64,000 nt of DNA from an uncultured Oscillospiraceae bacterium (GTDB lineage: Bacteria > Bacillota > Clostridia > Oscillospirales > Oscillospiraceae), in the NCBI GenBank assembly GCA_944386985.1, contig CALXDD010000012.1, positions 153 to 64,152 on the forward strand, written 5' to 3'. The notes below the pieces were generated by a model, which made no database searches, was not told where the DNA came from, and saw nothing but the letters and a program-made list of their open reading frames with translations. Below, in pieces: positions 1 to 9,076 of the stretch (positions within the stretch are counted from its first letter, which is position 1; every line of letters begins with the position of its first letter). The position numbers were made by a program, and so were the translations under genes.

Positions 1-229
1 CCTCCGGGCGCGGCTGGTGAAGGAGCTGCCCCTGGAGCGGGGCAAGCTCAGCGGCGACAGCCGCACCCTGGTCCTCCAGGCCAAGGACCGCCTTACGGAG
101 CTGGCCGACCTCAGTCTGGAGATCGCCCGGATGGCGGTGACCCCGGAGGACGGCAAAGAGCTGCCCGACTGGTTTGTGGTGGAGCTGTTCCGGGACCTGC
201 CCCGTCTGGCGGACAAGCGAAACGGATGA
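1..229 (+). CDS. 3' end of a CDS that starts upstream of the window. It may be the MoxR-like AAA+ partner of the downstream VWA protein (context inference only).
   Basis: The frame is open from base 2 to TGA at 227-229. The stop overlaps the ATG at 226 of the next gene (ATGA coupling). No domain is recognisable in the ~75 aa visible. Confidence 0.5.
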   Translation, partial: LRARLVKELPLERGKLSGDSRTLVLQAKDRLTELADLSLEIARMAVTPEDGKELPDWFVVELFRDLPRLADKRNG

Positions 230-2004
230 GCGGGAAGAAGCAGACGAAACCCAACCCGGCCCAGGAGTCCTTTCAGGCCGGCCGGGGACTGGTGGCCCTG
301 CACCCGGTGCTGGGGCCCCTGATGAAGGAGGCCGAGGTCCACTTTGACGACAGCTACCCCATGGCCCGGGAGGACTGGATCCGGGTGACCGCCAACGGCG
401 ACCTCTACGCCAACAGCCACCGCCGGGCCGCCCCCCAGGAGTGGGCCTATGTGATGGCCCACTGCCTGCTCCACCTGGCTTTAGGCCACATCCGAGAGGA
501 CCGGGCCGGGGACATGGTGTGGAACGCCGCCTGCGACTGTGTGGTCACCCGGTATCTCACCGACCTCCATATCGGCACGCCGCCGGTGGAACTTTCCGCC
601 CCCCTGCCCCCCAACACCCGGGAGGAGGAGACCCTGTACCGGTGGCTGAAGGAGCACAGCGACGCCGCCTACTTCCGCTTTTCCACCATGAGCGGCGGAC
701 GGCCGGATATGTGCTGGGAGCCCATCCGTCCCCGCTGGTGGCAGGGGCCCACAGACTGGCGGCAGCTCTTTGCCGAGAGTCTCCGGGACGCCCTGCGCTC
801 CGCCGTGGATTACGCCGGCGGCGTCATCACCCCGCCGGGGGCCCACAAGAAAATGGGCCCCATCCAGCGGGCCCGGGAGTGGTTTTTATCCAGCTACCCC
901 CTGCTGGGCGGGGTGGCCGCCGGCTTTCAGCTGGTGGATGACCCGCTGGCGGTCCAGCGGATGAACATTCCGGTGGCCGCCATCTCCATCCAGATGCGGG
1001 AGATCTATGTGAATCCCGCCGCCCGCCTGACCGAAGAGGAGTGGCGGTTTGTTCTGGCCCACGAGTATCTCCACGCCGCTTTGTGCCACGAGGCGCGGCT
1101 TGGAAAACGGGACCCGGAGCTGTGGAACGTGGCCTGCGACTATGTCATCAACCAGTGGCTGCGGGACATGGAGGTGGGCGCCATGCCGGAGGGCCTGCTC
1201 TTCGACCCGGAACTGCAGGGCCTGTCGGCGGAAGGCGTGTACGACCGGCTGGCGGCCAATCTGCGGAAATACAAGCGGATGGCCCAGCACGACATTCTCT
1301 TCGGCCCGCCGGACTGGACGGCGTCCAGGGATTTTGTGGATCTGGACGCCTGGTGCCGCTCCGCCATCCAGCGGGGGCTGGATTACCACCAGACCCATGA
1401 GCGGGGCTATCTCCCGGAGGGACTGGTGGAGGAAATCCGGGCCCTGGCCCAGCCCCCCATCCCCTGGGACGTGAAGCTGGCCAAGTGGTTTGACGAGCGG
1501 TTCGCGCCGCTGGAGAAGCGCCGCACCTACGCCCGGCTCAGCCGCCGCCAGTCCGCCACGCCGGACATTCCCCGGCCCTCCTGGCACCAGGAGGAAGCGG
1601 CTGAGGCGGGACGGACCTTCGGCGTGCTGCTGGACACCTCCGGCTCCATGGACCGCTCCCTGCTGGCCGCCGCCCTGGGCTCCATCGCCAGCTACAGCGC
1701 CGCCCGGGACGTCAATCGGGTCCGGGTGGTGTTCTGCGACACCGCCCCCTACGACCAGGGGTACATGGAGGCCGCCGACATTGCCGGAAGCGTCAAGGTC
1801 AGGGGCCGGGGCGGCACCGTGCTTCAGCCGGGCATCGAGCTTTTGGAGCACGCCTCCGACTTTCCAAAGGAGGCGCCCCTGCTGATCATCACCGACTGCG
1901 AGTGCGACCGGCTGAACCTTTATGGCCGGGATCACGCCTTTCTGGTGCCCAGGGGACGCAGCCTGCCCTTCCCCCCCAGAGGGCCGGTGTTTTATCTGGA
2001 GTAG
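226..2004 (+). CDS. VWA-like domain protein with two tandem putative metallopeptidase modules (DUF2201-type architecture)
   Basis: 592-aa ORF. Module 1 is WAYVMAHCLLHLALGH, with HExxH degenerate as HCLLH. Module 2 is WRFVLAHEYLHAALCH, with HExxH intact. The C-terminal VWA/MIDAS-like region starts at GVLLDTSGSMD. Confidence 0.85.
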   Translation: MSGKKQTKPNPAQESFQAGRGLVALHPVLGPLMKEAEVHFDDSYPMAREDWIRVTANGDLYANSHRRAAPQEWAYVMAHCLLHLALGHIREDRAGDMVWNAACDCVVTRYLTDLHIGTPPVELSAPLPPNTREEETLYRWLKEHSDAAYFRFSTMSGGRPDMCWEPIRPRWWQGPTDWRQLFAESLRDALRSAVDYAGGVITPPGAHKKMGPIQRAREWFLSSYPLLGGVAAGFQLVDDPLAVQRMNIPVAAISIQMREIYVNPAARLTEEEWRFVLAHEYLHAALCHEARLGKRDPELWNVACDYVINQWLRDMEVGAMPEGLLFDPELQGLSAEGVYDRLAANLRKYKRMAQHDILFGPPDWTASRDFVDLDAWCRSAIQRGLDYHQTHERGYLPEGLVEEIRALAQPPIPWDVKLAKWFDERFAPLEKRRTYARLSRRQSATPDIPRPSWHQEEAAEAGRTFGVLLDTSGSMDRSLLAAALGSIASYSAARDVNRVRVVFCDTAPYDQGYMEAADIAGSVKVRGRGGTVLQPGIELLEHASDFPKEAPLLIITDCECDRLNLYGRDHAFLVPRGRSLPFPPRGPVFYLE

Positions 2005-2068
2005 CCGTCCCGGAAAAAAGCCCCGGCGCAATCGGCGGCAGGCAGATGCCTCAAAAAAAGAAACAGTT

Positions 2069-2119
2069 CCCGTCTGGAAAACCGGCGCTGCCGGTTTTCC
2101 AGACGGGAACCTCTTTTTT
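2069..2119. terminator. Bidirectional intrinsic terminator between convergent genes
   Basis: Perfect 17-bp stem CCCGTCTGGAAAACCGG / CCGGTTTTCCAGACGGG with a 5-nt loop. An A-run lies upstream and CTCTTTTTTC downstream. Confidence 0.7.
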
Positions 2120-2146
2120 CAGGTCAAATTCTTTGTCCGCCTGCCA

Positions 2147-2623
2147 TCAGAAATCGCCCAGGCTCATGTCGTCGCCGCCGGTGGGAACCTCCTCGTCGGG
2201 GTCCTCGGTGATCACGGGAATAAACTCGGACAGATAGGCCTCCTCAGGCAGCCCCGCCAGGTAGGCGGGGAGATTGATGATGGGCCCATCCATATTGTAG
2301 GGCAGGTCAATGGTATAGGTGACGGGGTCCGCCTCGTCGCCGCCCTTTTCCTGGGTGATTACCAGGGTAACGGTGATCTTCTGGCCGATCTGCGTGGCCG
2401 AAGCACGCTCACCGTCATAGAGCTTGGAGAGGGCGTCGCCCTCGGCGCTGCTGCCCTGATAGATCTCGATCTTATAGGGGGAGGCATAGGTGCTGCCCTG
2501 GTAGTCCAGCGACTTGTTGTCAAAGTACACCGTATGTCCCCGGCCGATGACCATCATCGTACCGCCAATGGCAATCAGAATCAGAACCAGCAGGATCTGG
2601 AAGATCAGTCTACGACTTTTCAT
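2147..2623 (-). CDS. Small N-terminally membrane-anchored protein of unknown function, last gene of the ABC operon
   Basis: 158 aa. One N-terminal TM segment (LIFQILLVLILIAIGGTMMVIG). The start overlaps the permease stop by 4 nt. Confidence 0.75.
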   Translation of the reverse strand: MKSRRLIFQILLVLILIAIGGTMMVIGRGHTVYFDNKSLDYQGSTYASPYKIEIYQGSSAEGDALSKLYDGERASATQIGQKITVTLVITQEKGGDEADPVTYTIDLPYNMDGPIINLPAYLAGLPEEAYLSEFIPVITEDPDEEVPTGGDDMSLGDF

Positions 2624-3747
2624 TTCGCCCTCTCCTCCTCTTCCTTCTGGGCCAGCGCCAGCAGATGGCCGGTCTGGCTCTTGATCATCCGCTTCTTTGT
2701 CTCATACATGATGAGGGCCACGGTGATGACGCCGTAGGACACGAAGGTGCGGAAATACTCGCCGATCATGGAGTCGCCGGTGATGGTGGTACCGGTCTCG
2801 GGGGCCAGAATGAACATCATGTGGAACAAAATCACGCCCAAAAAGGCGTTGCCGATGGATGCCTTCTCCACGGAGGCGCCGCCCACCAGCAGGGCCGCGA
2901 TGCTGAAGGTACCGATCTGAACGTGGGCGTTGTAGGTGGGGAAGTTGCCCAGGTTCTGCAGATAGATGATCATGCCGAAGCCCGCCATCACCGTGGACAT
3001 CACAATGGCGATGATCCGGGTGCGGTCCACATTGATGCCGGCGTCCCGGGCCACTTCCATGTCCTGGGCCACCGCGCGCATGTCCTGGCCCAGCTTGGTG
3101 CGCCGGAACCAGATGATGACCAGGCAGAGGACCCCGATGATCAGGAAGGTGAGCACGGGAATCTTGACGCCGCCCACGTTGATGGCCAGCAGGTTGTCCA
3201 GCTGCTGGCGCATATTCAGAAGGCTCACGGTATTGCGGATACCGTAGCCCCGGGGCAGCTTCAGGGTGGCGTGCATAATGGGGATGATGGGACCCATCAT
3301 AAACAGCACCACCAGCTGGTAGACGCCGTTCATGAAGAAGGAGATGAAGTAGCTGGTGATCATCTCACGGCCCTTGGCCTTGTTGAGCATATTCCCGCAG
3401 AACACGCCCAGCAGGATGGAAATGGGGATGGAGACGATCATGGCCAGAACGATGCCGGGAATGCCCCAGATCTGCCAGTCGGCCACTAAGATCAGGGCAA
3501 TCTCCCCGGCCATGGCCCCCAGGGTCATGCCGAAGTTCAGGCCCATGCCCGCCATGATGGGGATCAGCAGGCTGAGGATCAAAAAGGTGTTGCGCCCCAT
3601 GCGGGTGACCAGCTCATTGAGCAGGTAGGAGGGGGAGTATCCCGCCAGCGGCAGACAGATCAGGCAGATCACAACGAACATGAGAGGAACGGAGTTGTCC
3701 TGCAAAAGCCGCTTGGGATTCAATTTGGCGTGTTCTTTCCTCATCAT
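2620..3747 (-). CDS. ABC transporter permease (simple-sugar/nucleoside CUT2-like type)
   Basis: 375 aa, polytopic membrane protein. 4-nt overlaps with both neighbouring genes. Confidence 0.9.
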   Translation of the reverse strand: MMRKEHAKLNPKRLLQDNSVPLMFVVICLICLPLAGYSPSYLLNELVTRMGRNTFLILSLLIPIMAGMGLNFGMTLGAMAGEIALILVADWQIWGIPGIVLAMIVSIPISILLGVFCGNMLNKAKGREMITSYFISFFMNGVYQLVVLFMMGPIIPIMHATLKLPRGYGIRNTVSLLNMRQQLDNLLAINVGGVKIPVLTFLIIGVLCLVIIWFRRTKLGQDMRAVAQDMEVARDAGINVDRTRIIAIVMSTVMAGFGMIIYLQNLGNFPTYNAHVQIGTFSIAALLVGGASVEKASIGNAFLGVILFHMMFILAPETGTTITGDSMIGEYFRTFVSYGVITVALIMYETKKRMIKSQTGHLLALAQKEEEERAK

Positions 3748-4838
3748 TTGGAGCCTCCCTTCACCTTGCGGGTCAGCGCGTAGAGGATCATGCCGTTGGA
3801 GATAATGATACGCACCACCTCGCTCACATCCATGTGGATCATGGCGGTCATCACGGTGGGGGTCAGGGTGACCACGCTCTGGTAGAGGATGGTGCCGATG
3901 ATCACATGGGCGATGGACGCTTTATTCACGGCGGCGCCGCCGATGAGGATGGCCGCCACTGTGGGCAGGGTCATGTTGTTGGGGGCCATATACAGCTGCA
4001 TGAAGCCGAAGCCCTGCTGATAGACCAGAATGCCTACCGCCCCCAGCCAGGTGGACATGACCACCGACAAAAGGCGCATCCGGTCCACGTTGATGCCGGA
4101 GGCCCGGGCAAACAGGGGGTTGGAGCCCACGGCGGTCATGGCGGTGCCGGTCTTGGTGCGGAAGAAGGCCCACACAGCCAGCGCCAGCACCGCAAAGAAG
4201 AGGATGGTGCCGGTGGGGAAATAGAGGCCGTTTGCCGGGTCAATGGGGATGGCCAGGAAATTGGCCAGGGCCTTCTCATAAAAGCCGGTCAGGGAGATGG
4301 TGGTACGCAGGCCCTTGCCGGCCAGGCCCCACACCATGGTGGGGCTGGTGTAGGGCAGCAGCAGCCACATCATGCACATGAAGGCGATGGAGGACAGGCC
4401 CACATAGGTGGCGATCATCATTTCGCCGCCCTTGATCCGGTTGAGCAGCCAGCCGTAGCCGCCGCCGGCCAGAAGAGCAAAGGGGGTGGCCAGCAAAATG
4501 GCCATAAAGAAGCTGACCGGTCCGGTAAAGCCCAGCTGAATGGACAGCGTGCCGCCTAAAAGGCCGGCGATGATACCCAGGGGAATGCCGAAGTTCAGGC
4601 TGCAGCCGGAGTGGATCATGGGCACCATGGCCAGCACCAAAACGGCGTTCCAGCTGAAGCGGTTGATGACGTTGCCGATCTGCATGGTCAAATCAGCGCC
4701 CACAATGGGCGCCATGATGAACAGCAGCAGGACGAACCCGGCAATAATGGTCCGGGGCAGTCCGAATCTTGCCGCAAAGCTGAAGCGCGCCATCAGATCT
4801 CTGTTTTCTAATGTTTTCTCCATGTCTGTTCTATCCAT
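3744..4838 (-). CDS. ABC transporter permease (paralog of the downstream permease)
   Basis: 364 aa, polytopic. Operon position is between the ATPase and the second permease. Confidence 0.9.
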   Translation of the reverse strand: MDRTDMEKTLENRDLMARFSFAARFGLPRTIIAGFVLLLFIMAPIVGADLTMQIGNVINRFSWNAVLVLAMVPMIHSGCSLNFGIPLGIIAGLLGGTLSIQLGFTGPVSFFMAILLATPFALLAGGGYGWLLNRIKGGEMMIATYVGLSSIAFMCMMWLLLPYTSPTMVWGLAGKGLRTTISLTGFYEKALANFLAIPIDPANGLYFPTGTILFFAVLALAVWAFFRTKTGTAMTAVGSNPLFARASGINVDRMRLLSVVMSTWLGAVGILVYQQGFGFMQLYMAPNNMTLPTVAAILIGGAAVNKASIAHVIIGTILYQSVVTLTPTVMTAMIHMDVSEVVRIIISNGMILYALTRKVKGGSK

Positions 4839-4849
4839 GACGTCCCTCC

Positions 4850-6436
4850 TTATATCACCTGGCTGACCATCAGCGCACCGAAGGCCTCGGAGGACTCGCT
4901 GGCCGGCAGAATTCCGGCGATCCGCCCTCCTGAAACAATGGCGATCCGGTCACAGGACTGGCGCAGCTCCTCCAGCTCGGAGGAGATCACCACCACGGTA
5001 ACGCCGTGCTCCCGGTTAAACCGCTTGAGGGCCTCCAGCACCAGCGCCTTGGCGCCCACGTCGATGCCACGGGTGGGCTCGGAGACGAAGAGGAACTTGG
5101 GCTGAAGGGCGAAAGCCTTGGCCAGGCATACCTTCTGCTGGTTGCCGCCGGAGAGCTCCTTGGCCTTCTGCCGGGAGCCGGTGCACTTGATCTGCAGTTC
5201 GTCGATATACTTGTTGGTCACGGCGTGGATGGCCCGCTCGTCCCGCCAGGAGAACAGACCGAAGTTCTTGAGGAATTTGTTCTGGATCTGCATGGCGGAG
5301 AAGGCCACGTTCCACTCCAGGGACTCCTCCAGCAGCAGGCCCACGCCCCGCCGGTCCTCCGAGACAAAGGCCAGGGAGGCGTCCAGACACTTTCTGGGGC
5401 TGTTGAGGGGGATGGGTTTTCCTTCAAACTCCACCGTTCCGCCCGCCTCATACAGGCCCATGATGCCGTTGGGGATGCCCAGCTTGCCCTGTCCGGCCAG
5501 GCCGCCGATCCCCAGAATCTCTCCCTCCTTGATGTCGAGGTCAATGTTGCGCACCGTCTCGCCGGGCATGTCCACCCAGAGCTTACGGATGGACATAATG
5601 GTCGGCGCATTGTCGAACTTCCGCACCTCGGCGGCGGAGGCGGCGGCCTCCACCTTCCGGCCCACCATCCAGCGGGTGATTTCCGGCACGTCGATCTCCT
5701 TCGCCGGACTCTCCTTCACCACATAGCCGTCCCGCATGATCACCACCTTGTTGCACACGGACAGGATCTCATGGAGGCGGTGGGTGATAAAGATGACAGC
5801 AATCCCCTGGGCCGACATGCTCCGAATGGAGTTCAGCAGCGCCTCGGCCTCCTTTTCGGTCAAAACGGCGGTGGGCTCGTCCAAAATCAGCAGCTTCAGC
5901 TGCTCCTTGCTGAGCTCACGGGCGATCTCCGTAAACTGTTTGTGGCCCACGGGCATGTCGCTGATCACCATGTCGGCGCTGATTTGGACCCCCATCTTCT
6001 GGATGGCCTGGGCCGAGCGCTCCGCAATGGCCTTGTAATCCAGCGTATCCAGCCTGGGGCCAAAGATTTCAGAAGCAATATTTCGTTTGGTTGGCTCCCG
6101 GTTGAGCAGGATGTTCTCGGCGGCGGTGAAGCCGGGAATCAGCGAAAACTCCTGGTGGACCATGCCGATGCCGGCAGCCAGCGCCTCAAAGGGGGTGGCG
6201 AATTTCACCGCCTGTCCGTTCAGACGGATCTCCCCCTCATAGCCGCCGGTCTCCCGGATGACGTCCATGCCAAAGAGAATCTTCATCAGGGTGCTCTTGC
6301 CGGCGCCGTTTTCGCCCACAAGGCCCAGCACCTCGCCGGCATTCAGGGTGATGTTGATGTCGCTGAGCACCTGATTGCCGAAGAAGTCCTTTTTGATGTT
6401 CCGCATTTCCAGCAAGGGAGCGTTATTATTTTCCAT
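4850..6436 (-). CDS. ABC transporter ATP-binding protein with duplicated ATPase domains
   Basis: 528 aa. Walker A GENGAGKST. Second-domain signature LSGGNQQK. Two nucleotide-binding domains, as in CUT2 importers. Confidence 0.95.
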   Translation of the reverse strand: MENNNAPLLEMRNIKKDFFGNQVLSDINITLNAGEVLGLVGENGAGKSTLMKILFGMDVIRETGGYEGEIRLNGQAVKFATPFEALAAGIGMVHQEFSLIPGFTAAENILLNREPTKRNIASEIFGPRLDTLDYKAIAERSAQAIQKMGVQISADMVISDMPVGHKQFTEIARELSKEQLKLLILDEPTAVLTEKEAEALLNSIRSMSAQGIAVIFITHRLHEILSVCNKVVIMRDGYVVKESPAKEIDVPEITRWMVGRKVEAAASAAEVRKFDNAPTIMSIRKLWVDMPGETVRNIDLDIKEGEILGIGGLAGQGKLGIPNGIMGLYEAGGTVEFEGKPIPLNSPRKCLDASLAFVSEDRRGVGLLLEESLEWNVAFSAMQIQNKFLKNFGLFSWRDERAIHAVTNKYIDELQIKCTGSRQKAKELSGGNQQKVCLAKAFALQPKFLFVSEPTRGIDVGAKALVLEALKRFNREHGVTVVVISSELEELRQSCDRIAIVSGGRIAGILPASESSEAFGALMVSQVI

Positions 6437-6525
6437 AGCGTTATCCTACCTCTCTCCCGCTTTGAAAACAGCAGGGGAAGGAATTCCTCCCCCTGCTGTT
6501 AGAAATAAACCATTGGAGAAGCCGA

Positions 6526-7779
6526 TCAGGCGGTGGTGAAGTACTCCTCGGGCACCTCCACCTGGGTGGAGCCCATGTAGTAGCCGGGATCACCCATGAT
6601 GTAGGTGTCCTGGTACACCAGGAAGATGTTCTCGGACTTGACGCCGGTGGTGGCGTTGGTGTAGCCGGAGCCGTTCCACTCAGCGCCGGGAGAGAAGACC
6701 TCATAGGCCTTGGCGATATCGTCCATATCGGCCAGGTCGCTCTCGCCGTTGATGACGTTCATGGCGTGCTGAGCCAGACCGGCAGACGTGGTGTAGCCGT
6801 AGGAGTAAGCCCAGGTGCCGAACCGGCCGGCGCCGCTGACGCCGTCATCGGTGGTGGTGGCGCAGACAGCCTCTTCCACCTTGGCCAGGATCTTCTCAAA
6901 GTCGCCGGCCTCCTCGGTGAGGTCGAGGCCCAGAGCGCCGGGATAGCCCATCAGAGGAGAGGGCAGGTCGGCCTCGATGAAGTAGCCGCCGTACTTGAAC
7001 AGCTGCTTGAGCAGAGGCTCGGTGTGGGCGTCGTTGGTGCAGAAGTAAGCGGTCTGGGTGCCGTAATTCTGGACCCACTCAGGAACCTTCTCCAGGATGT
7101 AGGCCTGGGCGCCGGCAATACCCACATCGGAGGTGGGATCGGGGGCGGTCTCCTGGTGGAACTCAATGCCGAACTCCTCGCAGGCCTTCTGCATGACGGC
7201 CACGCGGCGGCTCATGGTCTCATAAGCCATGTGCCGGGGGAAGGAGATGTGCACAAAGTCGGTGCAGCCCAGCTCGTGGGCGGTGCGGATGATCAGGTAG
7301 CCGCGGGCCACGAAGTCGTTGTTGCAGACCAGGTCGGCGGCGGAGCCGATCTCAGGCAGGTCCTCATGGGACTCGCCGGCGATGCACAGGATGTCGGGGC
7401 GGCGCTCCTTGATCTGACGGAAGGCCTCGGTGGTACCGGGAACCGCCTGGTTGACGATGATGGCCTTCATATCAGGGTCGTCGGCCAGACCGGCGATCTT
7501 CTGAATGGTGGTCTCCACCTCGTCAGTAAAGTTGTCGGGATAAGTAGCCAGGACCACACGGTCCTCGCCGTACATGGCCTGGAAGGCCTCGGCACCGCGG
7601 CGGTCGTCCTCGGACTGAGAGACGGTGCCGGTGACAATACCGATCTTGAAGGTGTCGCTGGTTTCGGAATCAGCGTCGTTCCCGCCGCCTTGATTGCCGG
7701 TACCGCTGTTGGTGCCGCTGCAGGCGACAAGTGCCAGCAGCATGACTGCCGACAGCAAGAGACTCAAAAATTTCTTCAT
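6526..7779 (-). CDS. Lipoprotein substrate-binding protein of the ABC importer (resembles DUF3798-type binding proteins); ligand unknown
   Basis: Start trimmed to MKKFLSLLLSAVMLLALVACSG (lipobox LVAC), preceded by GGAGGTAAGT. About 417 aa. Confidence 0.9.
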   Translation of the reverse strand: MKKFLSLLLSAVMLLALVACSGTNSGTGNQGGGNDADSETSDTFKIGIVTGTVSQSEDDRRGAEAFQAMYGEDRVVLATYPDNFTDEVETTIQKIAGLADDPDMKAIIVNQAVPGTTEAFRQIKERRPDILCIAGESHEDLPEIGSAADLVCNNDFVARGYLIIRTAHELGCTDFVHISFPRHMAYETMSRRVAVMQKACEEFGIEFHQETAPDPTSDVGIAGAQAYILEKVPEWVQNYGTQTAYFCTNDAHTEPLLKQLFKYGGYFIEADLPSPLMGYPGALGLDLTEEAGDFEKILAKVEEAVCATTTDDGVSGAGRFGTWAYSYGYTTSAGLAQHAMNVINGESDLADMDDIAKAYEVFSPGAEWNGSGYTNATTGVKSENIFLVYQDTYIMGDPGYYMGSTQVEVPEEYFTTA

Positions 7780-7823
7780 ACTTACCTCCATTTTTTGGAA
7801 ATCCTTACCAAGAATGTGTTTCT

Positions 7824-7851
7824 ATTCTACCAGACGTTCACAGTTTGTCAA
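7824..7851 (-). promoter_or_regulatory. Candidate sigma-A promoter of the ABC operon
   Basis: On the minus strand the sequence reads TTGACA, a 16-nt spacer, then TGgTAGAAT (extended -10). It lies about 45 nt upstream of the binding-protein start. Confidence 0.55.
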
Positions 7852-9076
7852 TATATTCCCGGCCGAAAACTGAAAATTTCTTAAATTCTCGTAATTCTTA
7901 ACAGCAACACATGTCTCTGATAGAAAAACGAAAATCACCGTTCCTCTCCCCCGTCAAAGCTGTTTTTTCTGCCGGTTCAAAGCCGTATCGGATGACCAGA
8001 CTGATGAATTTATATCCATCACTGTGGAATGGTAATAAGATTTCACTATGAGAAACTATGCAGACATTCCGCAGGAGCGGCGCACAGGGAAATCCCCTGC
8101 TTTGAATCTTCCAGCACAGCAAGCTAAGCCGCGCTTCCATATTCTGGAAGACTCTTTCCTTTTGGGATACATTTTTTCGAAAAATACAGAAAAATTGTGC
8201 GGATTTTGGAAAAATGGAACTTCATCGAAGCAGAGCAGCCGGGCCTTCCGGAAGCGCCGCGCCTGCGGCGGAGGCAGGGACGGGATCGGAAACGGCAGAG
8301 GAGCACTGGAGAAAGCACTGCATGAAACGTCTCTTTGCGTATTCCTGTCCTCAGGCATGGGGATTTTGCTCGATACAGGAATACAGCCGGAATTTGGGCG
8401 GCGCATTTCCTGTTGTGTCGGATAAGGAGGTATGGCTGGAAACGGAAGAATGCTCAGATCATTGCAAAGATACGTCAGCGCGGCTGAAACGATATTTTAT
8501 AGATGAACCCAACAGATTTTATGCAGATACATTTAGAAAAGTCCTATTCAACGGCTTTGAGCCCCCATACCGCCCCGGCATTTGCGATCCCGCCAAATTC
8601 AGTAAGCGGCGCTACAGGATGCGGAATCTGCCTCCTGACTTTTTAGACCATGACCAGCCATTTTAAGTCTTATCCTATACAGATGACGTATTCTCATGGG
8701 GCGGCGAAGCCCAAACCCGTATATTATACGCGGACGCTTCTTACCTTTATTATAAATAGGTATCGCTTCCTTTGAATCAAAAATTGCGGTGGTGAAATCC
8801 GGAAACACCTCCGCACCCCCCTCTTTGCCTATGTCCTCATCGGCGGCATTTTCCGGAACATGGACGCCAATCCGGAGGAGGCGGGCACGGTATGCGCCAG
8901 CAGTACGGCGCCCCTCTCTATGTCTATCATCGCCTATGGAGGTCTGATCGGCAAAATCATCCGTAAAACGCAGCCGTGTGCAGATCATGCGGGTGACTGC
9001 GTTTTTGCCGCAGGCAGAAAAGTCCTCCATTGCATCCGGAAATTCCGGCTTCAATGGGGGACTTCTTCTTGCGCCT

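Noticed and set aside
441-2031. Long ORFs overlapping or antisense to the VWA gene (441-941, 481-846, 886-2031 and others)
   Set aside because: These are typical shadow ORFs of GC-rich DNA. They have Arg/Pro/Gly/Ala-rich low-complexity translations and no RBS, and they lie fully inside a gene with clear motifs.
5006-7884. 498-aa and 372-aa plus-strand ORFs opposite the ABC ATPase and binding-protein genes
   Set aside because: They are antisense to genes with unmistakable Walker and lipobox motifs. Their translations are low-complexity (runs of G, L, V, A, H, D).
8214-9054. 150-aa (plus) and 151-aa (minus) ORFs in the lower-GC spacer
   Set aside because: They have no RBS and no recognisable motif, and they mutually overlap. 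I kept the region as a finding rather than calling genes.
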